A stretch of DNA of 64,000 bases from Squalus acanthias (taxonomy: Eukaryota): NCBI GenBank assembly GCA_030390025.1, contig CM059432.1:59708001-59772000 (forward strand), in the 5' to 3' direction. Both the position numbers and the translations under genes were made by a program. The notes beneath the pieces are model-generated. The model was not told the origin of the DNA and made no database searches. It worked only from the letters and a program-made list of their open reading frames with translations. Below, piece after piece: positions 12,758 through 25,040 of this stretch (positions are counted from its first letter, which is position 1; every line of letters begins with the position of its first letter).

Positions 12758-13651
12758 GGGGGAAAAATTAGGTCGCGCCCCATTTGGGGCGCAAATATCG
12801 TCTGGACGCAAATATTAGCGCCTGGCGCTAATTATCGGCACTGACTGGAAACTTCACTTTTACCGCCCCGGGAGGTGAGTGGAGCGCTAAATCAGGCGCT
12901 GCACACCTGTCTTAAGGCGCAAAGGCCAAGGAGTGAGGCGCTAACTCAGAGCGCTGGCGAAGCTCATGTAATGTCAGTCAGCAATGGAACACACACACAA
13001 TGGCACGGGCCAGTTCTTAAAGGGGATGGTTAATCTTGCTTTCCATCCACATCCTGTTCATTGCAGCCTTGAATCTCGGCCTGGAGAGACTTGCACATCA
13101 AATGTGCTGGAAAGAACAATGGAGAGTACCAGGCAAAGAGCTCAGAGTGCAGCTCCCACAGTCTCTGCTAAATCGATACAAGGAATGGCAAATCAAAATG
13201 AACCTGCAAAGTGCTGCTCAGTACCCAAAACTCCTTCACACAACGTTGAATATCTCCAGAAGTCTCTCCCTCTCTCTCTCAGAATGCGTAGTTCAAAAAT
13301 GCCACCAACAATAAAAGACAGGAAGAGGCCCCCTTTAAATAGCGCCCCCCCCCAGCCCCACAGCGATTGATAGCGTTCCAGTCTTCTGGTCATTGGATGC
13401 GCCAGGCGGTAAGGCAAGGGGCGCCACTCAATTTCCGCTCCGGGGCGCCACAAGGGCGTTGCACCATGGAATGACATCACAATCTGCGCGCGCAGGTGGT
13501 CGCAGCGGTAAGTTTTAGCGCCACCACACAATCTCTAGTTAAGTTCCCGAGCGGCGCAAACATCGCTGCGCCCGGGCGTTAGCGGCTTTGCGCCCCATTA
13601 GCGCCCTCTTAAGGCGCTAACGGGAGGCGCAACCAACTGAATTTTTACCCC
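12758..13651 (+). mobile_element. Non-autonomous PIF/Harbinger-type element, copy B (894 bp)
   Basis: TIRs GGGGGAAAAATTAGGT / AACTGAATTTTTACCCC; 3-bp TSD TAA (12755-57, 13652-54). Confidence 0.88.
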
Positions 13652-13775
13652 TAAGGCTCCAGGGGACCATTCTCTGTCAACCATTGCTCAACCTCATCTC
13701 ATTCAGGAAGCAACTTGTATGAGTAGTAGAGTAAGAGCTAGAACAAGTCAGTTAGCTGATACAAAGAAGAGTCAT

Positions 13776-14651
13776 GGGGGAGAAATTCGGTATCGCCCCA
13801 TTTGGGGCGCAATTATCGGCCGGGCGCAAAGTTTAGCGCCTGCCGCTAATTATCGCCTCCGACTGCAAACTTGGCTTCTATCACCCCTGGAGGTGATTGG
13901 AGCGCTAAATCAGGTGCTACACACCTCTCTTAAGGTGCTAACGCCGAGGAGTGAGGCGCTACCTCAGAGCGCTGGCGAAGCTCATGTGATGTCAGTCAGC
14001 AATGGAACACAGACACAATGGCGCCGGCCAGTTCTTAAAGAGGAGGGTCGACCTTGTTCTCCATCCACACCCTACTCATTGCAGCCTTGAATCTCGGCCT
14101 AGACAGACCTGTACATCAATTCTGCTGGAAAGAACAATGGAGAGGCCCAGGGAAAGAGCTCAGAGTGCAGCCCCCAAGTCTCTTCTAAATCGATGCAAGG
14201 AAGGTCAAATCAAAATGAACCTGCAAAGTTGCTCAGTGCCCAAAACTCCTTCACACAGCGTTGACTCTCTCCAGAAGTCTCTCTCTCTCAGAATGTGTGG
14301 TGCAAAAATGTTGCCGACAAAAAAGGCAGGAAGCGGTCGCCTTTAAATAGCGCTCCCCCAGTCCCTTCCCGACTGCAAAACGTTCCCCTCAACCTGTCGT
14401 TGCTAGCGGCAGGCAGAAAGGCAGGGGGCACCACTCAATATCTGGTCCGGGGTGCTACCGGGGCGTTGCACGCTCGACTGACGTCACGATCTGTGGGCGC
14501 AGGAGATCGTGGCGGTAGTGTTTAGCGCCGCTGCAAAATGTCTGATCAATTTCACGAGCGGCGCAAACATCGCCATGCCCGTTGCTTTGCATCCCATTAG
14601 CGCCCTCTTAGGGCACTAATGGGAGGCGCAAAGCAACCGAATTTTTCCCCC
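13776..14651 (+). mobile_element. Non-autonomous PIF/Harbinger-type element, copy C (876 bp)
   Basis: TIRs GGGGGAGAAATTCGGT / ACCGAATTTTTCCCCC; collinear with copies A and B; CAT flanks the left end and overlaps the right end. Confidence 0.88.
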
Positions 14652-14899
14652 ATAGTGTTAAGAAGTAGTTGTAGATAAGGAGAATTAATTTTTATGGCAC
14701 CCTGTTGCTGAATGTTGTTGTTTAATATAAACATGGCTTGATCACATGGAGTTGTGAGTTCATGTCTGTGTATGCTTTCTGGGAGTTTGATGATGGCAGA
14801 GGAAATGAAGACTTCTGACTTATGAAAAAACTTGAAAGAAGTCTTGGAGAGTGAGGTACTTTGTGAGGATGTGGGGGAGTTCAGGCAGAGGTGAAGTGA

Positions 14900-15720
14900 C
14901 TTTATTTTGGTAAGTCAACATTTATTTTTTGAAAGTGCTAGGCTATTATTTATGCTCCCCTTGCTTTGGTACTTGGCTGCTTGCTATCCTGTTCCAGTTC
15001 CTTTCCTTGCTGCGAATCCGCCTCATGCTGTGGAGCTGCAGGTGCTGCCTCCTCCTCCTCGTCATCAGCCTTCAGGTTCTGGAACCAGCAAGCCTTTCTT
15101 CTTGCAATGTTATGAAGCACACAACATGCGACCAAGGACCTGGAGACTCTGGCTGGGCTGTACACCAGTACTCCACCATATTTATCCAGCCACCTAAAAT
15201 GAGACTTCAGATTGTCTATAGTCTGCTCTATGACACTTCTTGTGGTTACCTGGTCTTATTATATCTGTTATTCCTATCTGTCTGCGGAATTTTCACTGAA
15301 GTCAGCAACCAGGAGCAGAGGGGATAGCCCTGGTCACCAATTAACGACACTGATACATGGCTTTGAGTCAAGGCAGCTCCCTGGGTATATGGCATTGACA
15401 CATAGGATTAGGTGGTTAGCATTGAATACTAGCTGCACAATGATGGAATGGAAACCCTTTCTGTTCATGAAATAGAGAGGGCTTTCATAGACGACTTTGA
15501 ATGACACATGAGTTTCATCAGTTGCTCCCTGCACCAGTGGGAAGCCAGTGGACATGAAAAGGAATGGGTCGGAGAGGCCGGTCATGCTTCTGTGATCCCA
15601 TTTACATGGAACAGGAAGCACTTTTGGTGAGTTTTAAAGGGGATTGGTGTTTTTTTTTGACAGCAGAAAGGAGGTGCAGCTTTTTTGTGGCAGATTGGAG
15701 GTGGCAACCTTAAAGAACCC
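14900..15720 (-). pseudogene. Degraded Harbinger (HARBI1-like) transposase
   Basis: GFPLVQGATDETHV, NRKGFHSIIVQLV, YPGS, YSPARVSRSLVACCVLHNIA, then an acidic tail. Confidence 0.8.
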
Positions 15721-15779
15721 ATTCTGCTCTTTTTACTGCCCCCAAACAGGCGGTAACTCAGAGGAATCTCCCCTCTCAT

Positions 15780-16110
15780 GTCTAAAGGTTTTGATAGAAG
15801 TAGGGGCAGAGCAAAACTAGAGGCCATCAATATAAGATCATCACCCAGAAATCAAATAGGGAATTCAGAAGAAACTTCTTTGAGAGTGGTGAGAATGTGG
15901 AACTCACTACCACAGGGAGTAGTTGAGGCGAATGGTATAGATGCATTTAAGGGGAAGCTAAATAAGCATATGAGGGAGAAGGGAATAGAGGGTTATGCTG
16001 ATAGAGATAGATGAGGAAGGATAGGAGGAGGCTTGAGTGCAGCATAAATGCCGGCATGGACTGGTTGGGCTGAGTGGCCTGTTTATGTGCTGTATATTCT
16101 ATGTAATGCT
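15780..16110 (+). mobile_element. CR1 LINE 3' end fragment
   Basis: RVVRMWNSLPQGVVEA...FKGKL; GGGCTGAGTGGCCTG and TTCTATG tail. Confidence 0.8.
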
Positions 16111-16250
16111 ATATAAACTATAGAGAAGGATCTATCTGTCCAAACAATGCAATCTCTTCTTCAGCACGCCATTGCTATGTTCTACCAGAATTTGAGCTTC
16201 ATTGAATTTCCAGTCTGTATCTATTGTTCTCAAGTAGTCGTAGCTGCAGT

Positions 16251-16405
16251 CAATGTTCTTGCTAAGCTGCGTGGCCGCACAGCGGTCTGGAGGGCCCACG
16301 CAGGCCGCTCACCGGCTTTTATATGGAAGAAACTGCGCATGCGTGAAAATCTGAATGGGCCGCGCAGCCAGTAAAAGGGACTAAAAAAAATTAGAGGGTA
16401 CATTG
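16251..16405. mobile_element. hAT-type MITE, 155 bp
   Basis: TIRs CAATGTTCTTGCTAA / TTAGAGGGTACATTG; perfect 8-bp TSD GCTGCAGT (16243-50, 16406-13). Confidence 0.85.
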
Positions 16406-16904
16406 GCTGCAGTGGGTATCCTTGGTTCTCTAGCAGTCACTTATCGATTCTGCCTGTTCCTTCAAATAATAGTGACATGGTGAACTACTACAAAATGAAG
16501 GCCACATGACTGGTTCCATAGTATCATGCATTCATGTTCATTATTCATATCTTACAGTCTGAGACCAGCTGCATATTAATAGAATGGAAGCTGTCATGTT
16601 TCAAGATTTCAAGATTTTTTGATCATTTTTCCATAGAAAGGAGTTGAAGAAAAGAATTACTTTTGAGTTTTAGGGTTTTAAAACAAAGCAGAATTGCACA
16701 AGTTTTAAAAGAAGGCCACAGGCTGATGGCATTTGCCGAATGTGTCTTTTGCATGTTTTTAAAAAAAATCTCCAAAGGCAGGCCAAGCTAATTCTTGGTG
16801 ATAAGAGGCTTGATACAAATTGTTAAGCTGCTTTATTTCACATCAGGTGAACATACGGAGCCAGAGTTATGATCAGAGTTACTTATTTCAGTCAATACAA
16901 CTTG

Positions 16905-17088
16905 GCCTAGAAATTCATCTTGGGCAGTGGCGCAAAACAGGTGGTATCAGATTGGCTGCCCGTTATACGCAGCGCCTCATATTCCGTTCCATTGCAGTCA
17001 ATGGAACTGAATATCAGGTGTTGCATATAATGGACAGCTGATCCGATAACGCCCGTTTTGCGCCACCGCCCGAGATAAATTTCTAGGC
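16905..17088. mobile_element. Fold-back MITE (184-bp imperfect palindrome) with Harbinger-type termini
   Basis: GCCTAGAAATT...AATTTCTAGGC; arms pair along the whole length around a central CCATTG-CAGT-CAATGG. Confidence 0.8.
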
Positions 17089-17674
17089 TGTTGTCTTTGC
17101 ATCCTAAAGCAAAATAAAGAATATGCCACACTTCCCCATGTCTTGACTTAAACAAGAGGGGGGAGAAATTGGGCTCTGTAGTGCCCGTATTTTAGGTGCT
17201 ACATGGTGTCCTGACACTCGAAAATGGGGTCCAAGATGAGCGTGCACACTTCCAATGGGAAGTGTGCCAAACACCATCTTGGTAAATGGGTTTGCGCGTG
17301 CGCACCTAACAACTGCCGGCAGCATGACGAGCTGTCAGATTAAGATGTCAATTAGTGTGCAACGCAGATTTAATGCCAGCACTGCCACTTTTGAACGCCA
17401 CGCTCCAGCCTACGCTCTTGTCTTAACCTCGCGCAGCTGAACACGACATTAAACGGAATAAGAGGAACCCCACCTCCGCTATTTAAAGAGATCACAACAT
17501 ACTTACAGGTTAGTTGTTGGATTATTTCCTCTGGCTGCTGGTGCAATTGTAAGCATTTTTGGAGCTTTCCTATACTTGCCTAAAGTTTCAATAGTCCACA
17601 GGGAGTGCTCTGGCTGGTGCTGAAGTACTTTTGTGTTGATTTAAAAACTTGTGCTGAAACAAGTTGCTTCCAGA

Positions 17675-18595
17675 CATAGGAGGCCATTTCGGCCCATCAT
17701 GTCCGCGCCGGCCAACAACGAGCTATCCAGTCTAATCCCAGTTCCCAGCTCTTGGTCCGTAGCCCTGCAGGTTAGAGCATCCCAAGTGCACATCCAAGTA
17801 CTTTTTAAATGTGGTTAGGGTTCCTGCCTCTACCACCCTTTCAGGCAGTGAGTTCCAGACCCCCACAACCCTCTGGGTGAAGGAATTTCCCCTCAAATCC
17901 CCTCTAAACCTTCCACCAATTACTTTAAATCTGTGCCCCCTGGTTTTTGACCCCTCTGCTCAGGGAAATAGGTCCTTTCTATCCACTTTATCTATGCCCC
18001 TCATAATTTTATACACCTCAATAAGGTCTCCCCTCAGCCTCCTCTGTTCCAAGGAAAACAGACCCAGCCTATCCAGTCTTTCCTCATAGCTAAGATTCTC
18101 TACTCCCGGCAACATCCTTGTAAATCTCCTCTGTACCCTCTCTAGTGCAATCACATCTTTCCTGTAATGTGGTGACCAGAACTAGACGCAGTACTCTAGC
18201 TGAGGCCTAACTAGTGTTTTATACAGTGGAAGCATAACCCCCCTGCTCTTGTATTCTATGCCACGGCTAATAAAGGCAAGCATTCCGTATGCCTTCTTAA
18301 CCACCTTATCTACTTGGCCTGCTATCTTCAGGGATCTGTGGACATGCACTCCAAGGTCCCTTTGTTCCTCTACACTACTCAGTGTCCTACCATTTAATGT
18401 GTATTCCCTTTCCTTGTTAGCCCTCCCCAAATGCATTACCTCACACTTCTCTGGATTGAATTCCATTTGCCACTGTTCTGCCCACCTGACCAATTTATTG
18501 ATATCTTCCTGCAGTCTACAGCTTCCTTCTTCAGTATCAACCACACAGCCGATTTTAGTATCATCTGCAAACTTCTTAATCATACCCCTATATTC
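17675..18595 (-). mobile_element. CR1 LINE RT/3' fragment
   Basis: FADDTKIG...LYKTLVRPQLEYCV, RRLRGDLIEVYKIM; reverse-complemented 3' tail near 17680. Confidence 0.92.
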
Positions 18596-18596
18596 A

Positions 18597-19418
18597 AGTT
18601 CTGGAGCACAAGTCTTCAGCACTACAGCCGGGTTGTTGTTGGGGCCCATAGTCTTGGCTACATTTAATGCGATCAGCTGTTTTTTGATATCACGTGGAGT
18701 GAATTGAATTGGTTGAAGACTGGCTTCTATGATGGTGGGGATCTCCGGAGGAGGCCGAGATGGATCATCCACTCGGCACTTCTAGCTGAAGATGGTTGCG
18801 AATGCTTCAGCCTTGTCTTTTGTACTCACATGCTGGGCTCTGCCATCACTGAGGTTGGGGATGTTCATGGAGCCTCCTCACATTAGTTGTTTAACTGTCC
18901 ACCACTATTCATGACTAGATGTGGCAGGACTGCAGAGCTTTAATCTGATTCGTTGGTTGTGGGATCACTTAGCTATGTCTATAGCATGCTGTTTCTGCTT
19001 ATTAGCATGCATGTAGTCCTGTGTTGTAGCTTCACCAGGTTGGCACCTCATTTTTAGGTATGACTGGTGCTGCTCCTGACATGCTCTTCTGCACTCTTCA
19101 TTGAACCAAGGTTGGTCACCTGGTTTGATGGTAATGTTAGAGTGATGGATATGCCGGGACAAGAGGTTACAGATTGTGGTGGAAAACAACTCTGCTGCTG
19201 CTGATGGCCCACAACGCCTCATGGATGCATAGTTTTGAGCTGCTAGATCTGTTCTGAATCTATCCCATTAGCGCGACATGATGGAGGGTGTCCTCAGTGT
19301 GAAGACAGGACTTTGTCTCCACAAGGACTGTGCGGTGGTCACTTCTATCAATACTGTCATGGACAGATGCATCTGTGACAGGTATATTGGTGAGGTCGAG
19401 GTCAAATAAGTTCTTCCC
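18597..19418 (-). mobile_element. Second LINE family (L2/CR1-group) fragment, host of the solo LTR
   Basis: MRRCGPSAAAELFSTTICNL...PGDQPWFNEECRRA matches 37766-38287 and 54494-55831. Confidence 0.85.
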
Positions 19419-20900
19419 TGTAAGATTCTCAAAATTCACAGATCTCCCAAAACTCAAAGAAAAACCCTAAGGAAAAAGACTTTGGACTCTTTTCTAGCTA
19501 TTACAGGGTGGTGAAATACATTGGGCCTAACCGAAGGACTTTTTTGAGCAAAAACCAAGATTTGGTATTTTAAAAGACATGTCTGGGCTTGTAAGGGAGA
19601 AAAGGCTGTGAAGGAAGGTGGGTTGAACCTCTGTAAAGACAGTTTGGGTATTGGAGCTAATGTCTGGGGAACCGCATGATCTCGCTGGGAGTTAAATTGG
19701 CCCCTATCAGACATTAACATCCTAACAATAAACCCGAGGAAAAGCAGTCTCCACCCCAATTTACAGAGCCCATTAAAAACATGCATAAAACAGATCACTG
19801 TGACCTACTCTATAGAAATCCCAGGCCCAGTCAAGAAACCCAAAACTTGGGGACAATCAACTACGATTAAGTGGCAAATCGACAGGATGGAACCATCCCG
19901 AAACCACTTCACACCTTAACAAACAAGTTACCGTTAACGAGCCCGCCAAAATCTAACAATGACCGGGATCTGATTTGGCGCGCAGATAAGGAAGCTTCAA
20001 TTAGTATAATTGAAGGCCCGTTCTCAACCTGAAAAAGAAGAAGAGGAAGGAAGAAGGACAAATCATCCATGGAGGCGTTCTCCGCAACACAGTTCTCCAG
20101 CACCACCGTTCAGCATTCCGTGTCCAGCCAGAAGGTCGACAGCTCGAAGGCCAGACCATTCAACAAAGTAGGCCGACACGTGGAAGAAACCCGAACGACC
20201 GCCTCAGTGACCATCGGACACCTCGCGGCAACAAGGCCCTCATGAAAACAACCAACCGAACATCAAGTACCAAGATTGGGCCACCGCGACCAAAGAAAAC
20301 CAACTCGAAGAAAAACCGAAGATCTGCAAAGTTTCCACTCTACAATCTACTCCTGACTTACCCCTGGATAAGATTTTCCCTAAAAAACTCTAAACCCTAC
20401 TTCTAAACCAAAGAAAAGTGGGTACTCACCTGATAGATCCAATACGCACCCTACCGCATCAGCGGACTAGCGAAGACTGACCAGATACGCAGTTGAAGTC
20501 CTCTACCGCGTACGGGGTACGGCAGACACCAACCAACATATAGAGCAAACCCCAAAAACGCGAACTAGCCCAACTGTCAAGGATTCTGGTGAGTATCATC
20601 CCTGGTCCTCCGGAGTCCAACCTAGCTGGTGAAGTGGGATTGGGAGGGGTGAAGTATTCTTCTAATGTTATTTCCCTCGTTTGTACCGAAGTGTTCCCCA
20701 CTTTTAGAGTGTTAAGAGTGTTTGTGTTATATTTTACTTTCTTGAATAAAGATCAAAGTTCTTGCATCAAAACCAGTTGTCTGCTGCACTTTTTATCACA
20801 ACCCCCCAAATAAGTCCAAGGTCTAGAACCAAGGGAGTGGGAGCGATTTGAACCACTCAGAAGTCAGAGGTGAAGCTGACACAAACCACCACCCCCTACA
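19419..20900 (+). mobile_element. Solo LTR, 1482 bp
   Basis: Starts TGTAAG, ends CCTACA (short inverted termini, TG...CA); 4-bp TSD TCCC (19415-18, 20901-04); AATAAA at 20745-50; interrupts a LINE; no recognisable coding domain. Confidence 0.8.
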
Positions 20901-21375
20901 TCCCTCATGTTTGCAGGTTTTGTTCACCCTGTTCCTGTCCCGTCAATCCAGATGACCAACCTTGGGGCTTGCTTCTTGACCTCTCCCCCATCCTGGAATT
21001 AGCCAGAAGAGCTACTAATCAAACCTGCTACCATACCCACTGCATTTGAAACAAACTTCATGCAAAGCTAAATAGGAAGGGGCATTCAACCCCGAAAGTG
21101 TTAATGTTTGCTGGGAACAGATAATGACTCAGCTATGATTTTCCATCATCTTGGGTAACAGTATCAATAGCCCCAATTTGAACTCAAAGCGGTATTCCGG
21201 CAGCAAGGGCTGAGGCGGGTGGCAAACCATCCTGACATCAGCAACGTGAAGCACAGGCGATTTTAACTCCTGGGCCTCAGCTGCGTGACCCCGGTCAGTT
21301 GCCTGCCCAAAACCGGCAGAAGAGCAGGCTGAAATTCAGTGTGGGACATTGGCGGGTAAGTCTCCTGGGCAATTT

Positions 21376-22500
21376 TAACCATGCCCGCCCAGCTTAATGT
21401 TTGGCTTTACTACACATTTGGGAAATGCCTGCAACTTGCGGCTTTTCTTTTTAAACCTGTGCAAATCCCAACATTTAAAAATAACTTTTTTTTCCAAATC
21501 CTTTCTGTGGAAAAAATGATCAAAAAGTCTAGAAACATTACAGAAGCCTTTTTTATTCATGTAAGACATGCGATTGTTTTATAGGTCCAGATGGCTACTG
21601 CATGTCATCAATGTGGCCCTTTGGGGAAATTTGGCACCTGGTAAAAGTTTTGTGCCCTCTTGTGCCTTTTCATAGGGAAAGTGAGGAAAGTGTTTTACCT
21701 GACAAACACGACTTCTGTCACTTGTTTCATGTAATAATGTTCACTGATGTCATCAGTTGTGGCTTGAAAGGATCGAGTACCGTAGAAATAGAATGTTGTG
21801 GTAACCGTCACAGCCATTGGCAGAAGTATCCCTGTGGTGTAATTTGCCTGGAAGTTGTGTTCAAGAAGATGGTATAACTTGGTGAAAGCCTCCCTTGTGA
21901 AGTGCAGATGTGAAGGGAGGTCTCGTTAGACATACCCAGGTAGATGTGCTTGGGTCTAAACATGCAAATCCTAGGACAAGGGTGTGTGGCTCCAATTGCC
22001 TGAGGTGCAGTAGCTTCTGCCTTTCTTCTCTCTGCATAAACTGCTGTTCCTCTTCCAAATCTTGGACTGCCATAGGATTTCCATGCTGGACAATTTGCTT
22101 GTGCAAGTGAAATGACAGCTGTCAGTAAGAACGTTATCAAAAAAGGATTATGAAAAACAGTATTGCAATAAATAAAAAAGTGCCAAACACCAGCAAGGAT
22201 AATGCAGATGTATCAAAAAAGCTTAAAAAAAAGACTGAACTTCAGATGCACTTAGATACAGTCAAACACAGCTTTAAGAAGGAAACTTCCAAAGGCCAGA
22301 GATGCAAATCCTGGCAGTGTTGGCTTTATATAGTTGAGCACGACTAATGGAATGAGCCAGTGGAAACAATCAGTAATATTTATGTGGGACCAACTAACAT
22401 ATGATTGCATTAAAGTAAAAGGCCAAATGAGGCTTTCACACACTCTTTGCGAGGCCTTCACAAAGTAGCGCTGAATATAGTGCCTCATGAATCCAGCACT
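21376..22500 (-). mobile_element. Highly degraded Harbinger element (transposase 5' region)
   Basis: Fragments HPCPRICMFRPKHIYLGMS, distorted AVTVTTTFYFYGTRSF and YMNKKGF resemble the other transposase copies. Confidence 0.5.
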
Positions 22501-25040
22501 TGAGCTTACTTACCGGATTCAATGAGGCGCATTGTCTGAATGCGTGGGAGGCTTCAGAGAGCACTATTGCTGAATTGGCTCTATAATCTCAGATGTCTGG
22601 TGTGTTCTGTAAAAAAAGGCAGAAATCACTGAATAAAAATATATGGATAACCTTTGTGGGGCTCCACTCCTGGCACAGAGTCTCACTCAATGGGGGCAGG
22701 AGGAATTAACATGGAGGACAACGCTGCCAATCTGTGATGCTTCTGATTTTCCATTTATTAAAATTAATTATCAACAGGAAATCAAGAAAGATGCAAAATG
22801 GGTGCACTGACCCTGAATACGATGTGCACCACCAGAAGAGCCTCATAAGATTTATTCTATAGTGTGCAAAGTTGGATCTGAGGTCACACATTGCTGAAAT
22901 AGAAAACCGCATAGAAATGACTTAAGGTAGTCTCTGACATAGAACATGCACATATGTGCAAAGGCTTGAAAAATATTGGCAAGGAAGGCCTAGGTAAAGA
23001 ATGCAAGCTCTGGAATAGTGCTTGCATTCACAGAGGTGGGAGGGGGTGGGGGGGGCAAGTTTAATGATTTATTTTTCAGAGTTAATTATTTTATTTTAAG
23101 CCCCAATTTTCCAAGTCCCATGGAAATTAGGGTTGTATACACTTGCTGCAAGTGCAGTCCTCCACATGATATGAGGGGGCTGATCTGGTCAAATAATCTG
23201 AGCTAGACTCAGCCTGTGTCATTTTAATGGTCTCCCTGTGCATAGAAAATGTATGCAAGGATTGAGGCCCATTTGTTGGTTGACTGCCAAATGGAAAATT
23301 GGGCCAGCCTGCTGAGGCTGGTCCTTAAAGGAGAGACTCTGATTGCCAGAAACTGAGAGGACTAGCAGAGTATTTGGAATAGCAAAGAGGTTGGCCGTGA
23401 GGAAGATTCCAGCTTTTAGCTGTAATGTTGTGAAGCTGTTGATTGTGGAGATGCAGAAGAGGAGGGATTTTTGGGGCATGTCACCACACCCTCTTGAAAG
23501 CTGTGGCTCAAGCTGCATATGAAGTAATTGCTCAGTGAATAAGTGCTGCTTCCAAGGTCTGGTGGACCCAGGAACAAACGAGGAAAAAAGTTGTGTGGCA
23601 TCAGAAGAAGTGCCAAGGTAAGCGTACTCCCTGAGACACACATGAATGCTCGTTCTCTACACAAGGCATGGCTCTGTGCAACTGCCCATTTGCTGGCCAT
23701 TGAAACACCTTTGAACCTAGTTTTGATCAGATTTGACAATAAACATGTCTAATAAACTAAATATTCCTCTTTTAAAATAATATCCCCTATTACACAAATT
23801 GATGAAGAGTTTTTATTTTATGCTTATGGGACTGCCTGTGCAGGTTTATCCCCCATCTGTGATAAATGAGCTGATCTCAGCAGAGGTGGTGGTAGATGCC
23901 CTAAAATTGACATCAGTGCCCTGGTTTAGGGAGAGTAAAATCAGATAAGGTTCCTCAGGGTAGAAATTGGTATGCATTGCACCCATTTTACACCAAAAAT
24001 GATGACAAATTTAGGAGTGGGATAGCTCGCACCCAATCCATGTTTGCATTTGGGCCACTGCTAAATTCGTTGGGTTAATTTTTCAGGCGTCCCTGATGGC
24101 CACCTAAAACAGGCGTTAGGCCCCTTACATATGTAAATGAGGAGCCTAATACTTGTATTAGGCCGCCTTGCCGAAAGTGGTTAGCAATGAGTGGAGCAGA
24201 AGCCGGGCCTGTTCTGCTTGGGATTCTTCAATGGCCCCTGTGGCTGCCAACGAAATGCAAGTACATTTTTAAAAAATCTATCAGTCATCGTTGTGGAGCC
24301 ACGAGGAGGAGGAGTGCTCCCCCGATTCCACAGTACTCATGATCGGTTCCCCCACCTGTTGTTGCTCCACCTCCCTCCTGGGATTTACTTTTGATCTAGA
24401 GCCAGCAAGCCAAGTGGCTTGATATTCACATCTTCAAATGGCCGAGCTGCCTGTGGAGGCATGACAGGTGCCGACAGCTCACCTAAATGGTTGAAATGAG
24501 GTACAAGGTCCAACTTTGGACCTATCTCGGGCTTCCCAATTGGAGCATGTGGTGCCCACACATTGCTGATTCTGAACCCGAAAGCGGGCCCAGATGATCT
24601 TCTACCCACACATCTCTAACCAGCAGCTCCTGCTGGAAGCCAATAGCTGGATGTTGGACGATGAGTGAACTGAGTAGAGCAGTGATGGCACTTATGCCTG
24701 AATGGCCTGCCACCACTCACTGTTAAAGCTCACACAGAATTGCTATTGGAGTGAAGTCCTGGGGCTCGATTTTAATGGAGGAGGCGGGTTGGAGTCGGGT
24801 TGCCTGGTGTGCTGGTTTCTGTCCCCCTGCTGGTTTCAGCTGCTCCCGATTTCCCATTTTGGCTCAATTGGACCAATTAGTCCCGTCGTGCGCACTGCCT
24901 GCTGCAATGAGTTGGAGTGGGTCTGTTGGTCTGCACTGATGAGGTCTTACTGCTGCTTTGTTTTGAAGGGCTCCATGTAGCCTCAGCCTCTCATTTCTCA
25001 TTTCTCATTGCTGCTGCTGCTAGAAAGGGCCAGGATCACC

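Noticed and set aside
178..14346. Recurrent ~110-128-aa ORF 'MEHTHNGTGQFLKG...' in MITE copies A, B and C as a novel protein
   Set aside because: No recognisable domain; copy C shifts frame mid-ORF and most differences change amino acids; similarity is explained by repeat copy number
22706..22912. ORF ending ...WQRCPPC* as an alternative Rab last exon
   Set aside because: The nearest plausible acceptor in phase 0 reads a different frame, and CPPC is not a standard Rab motif
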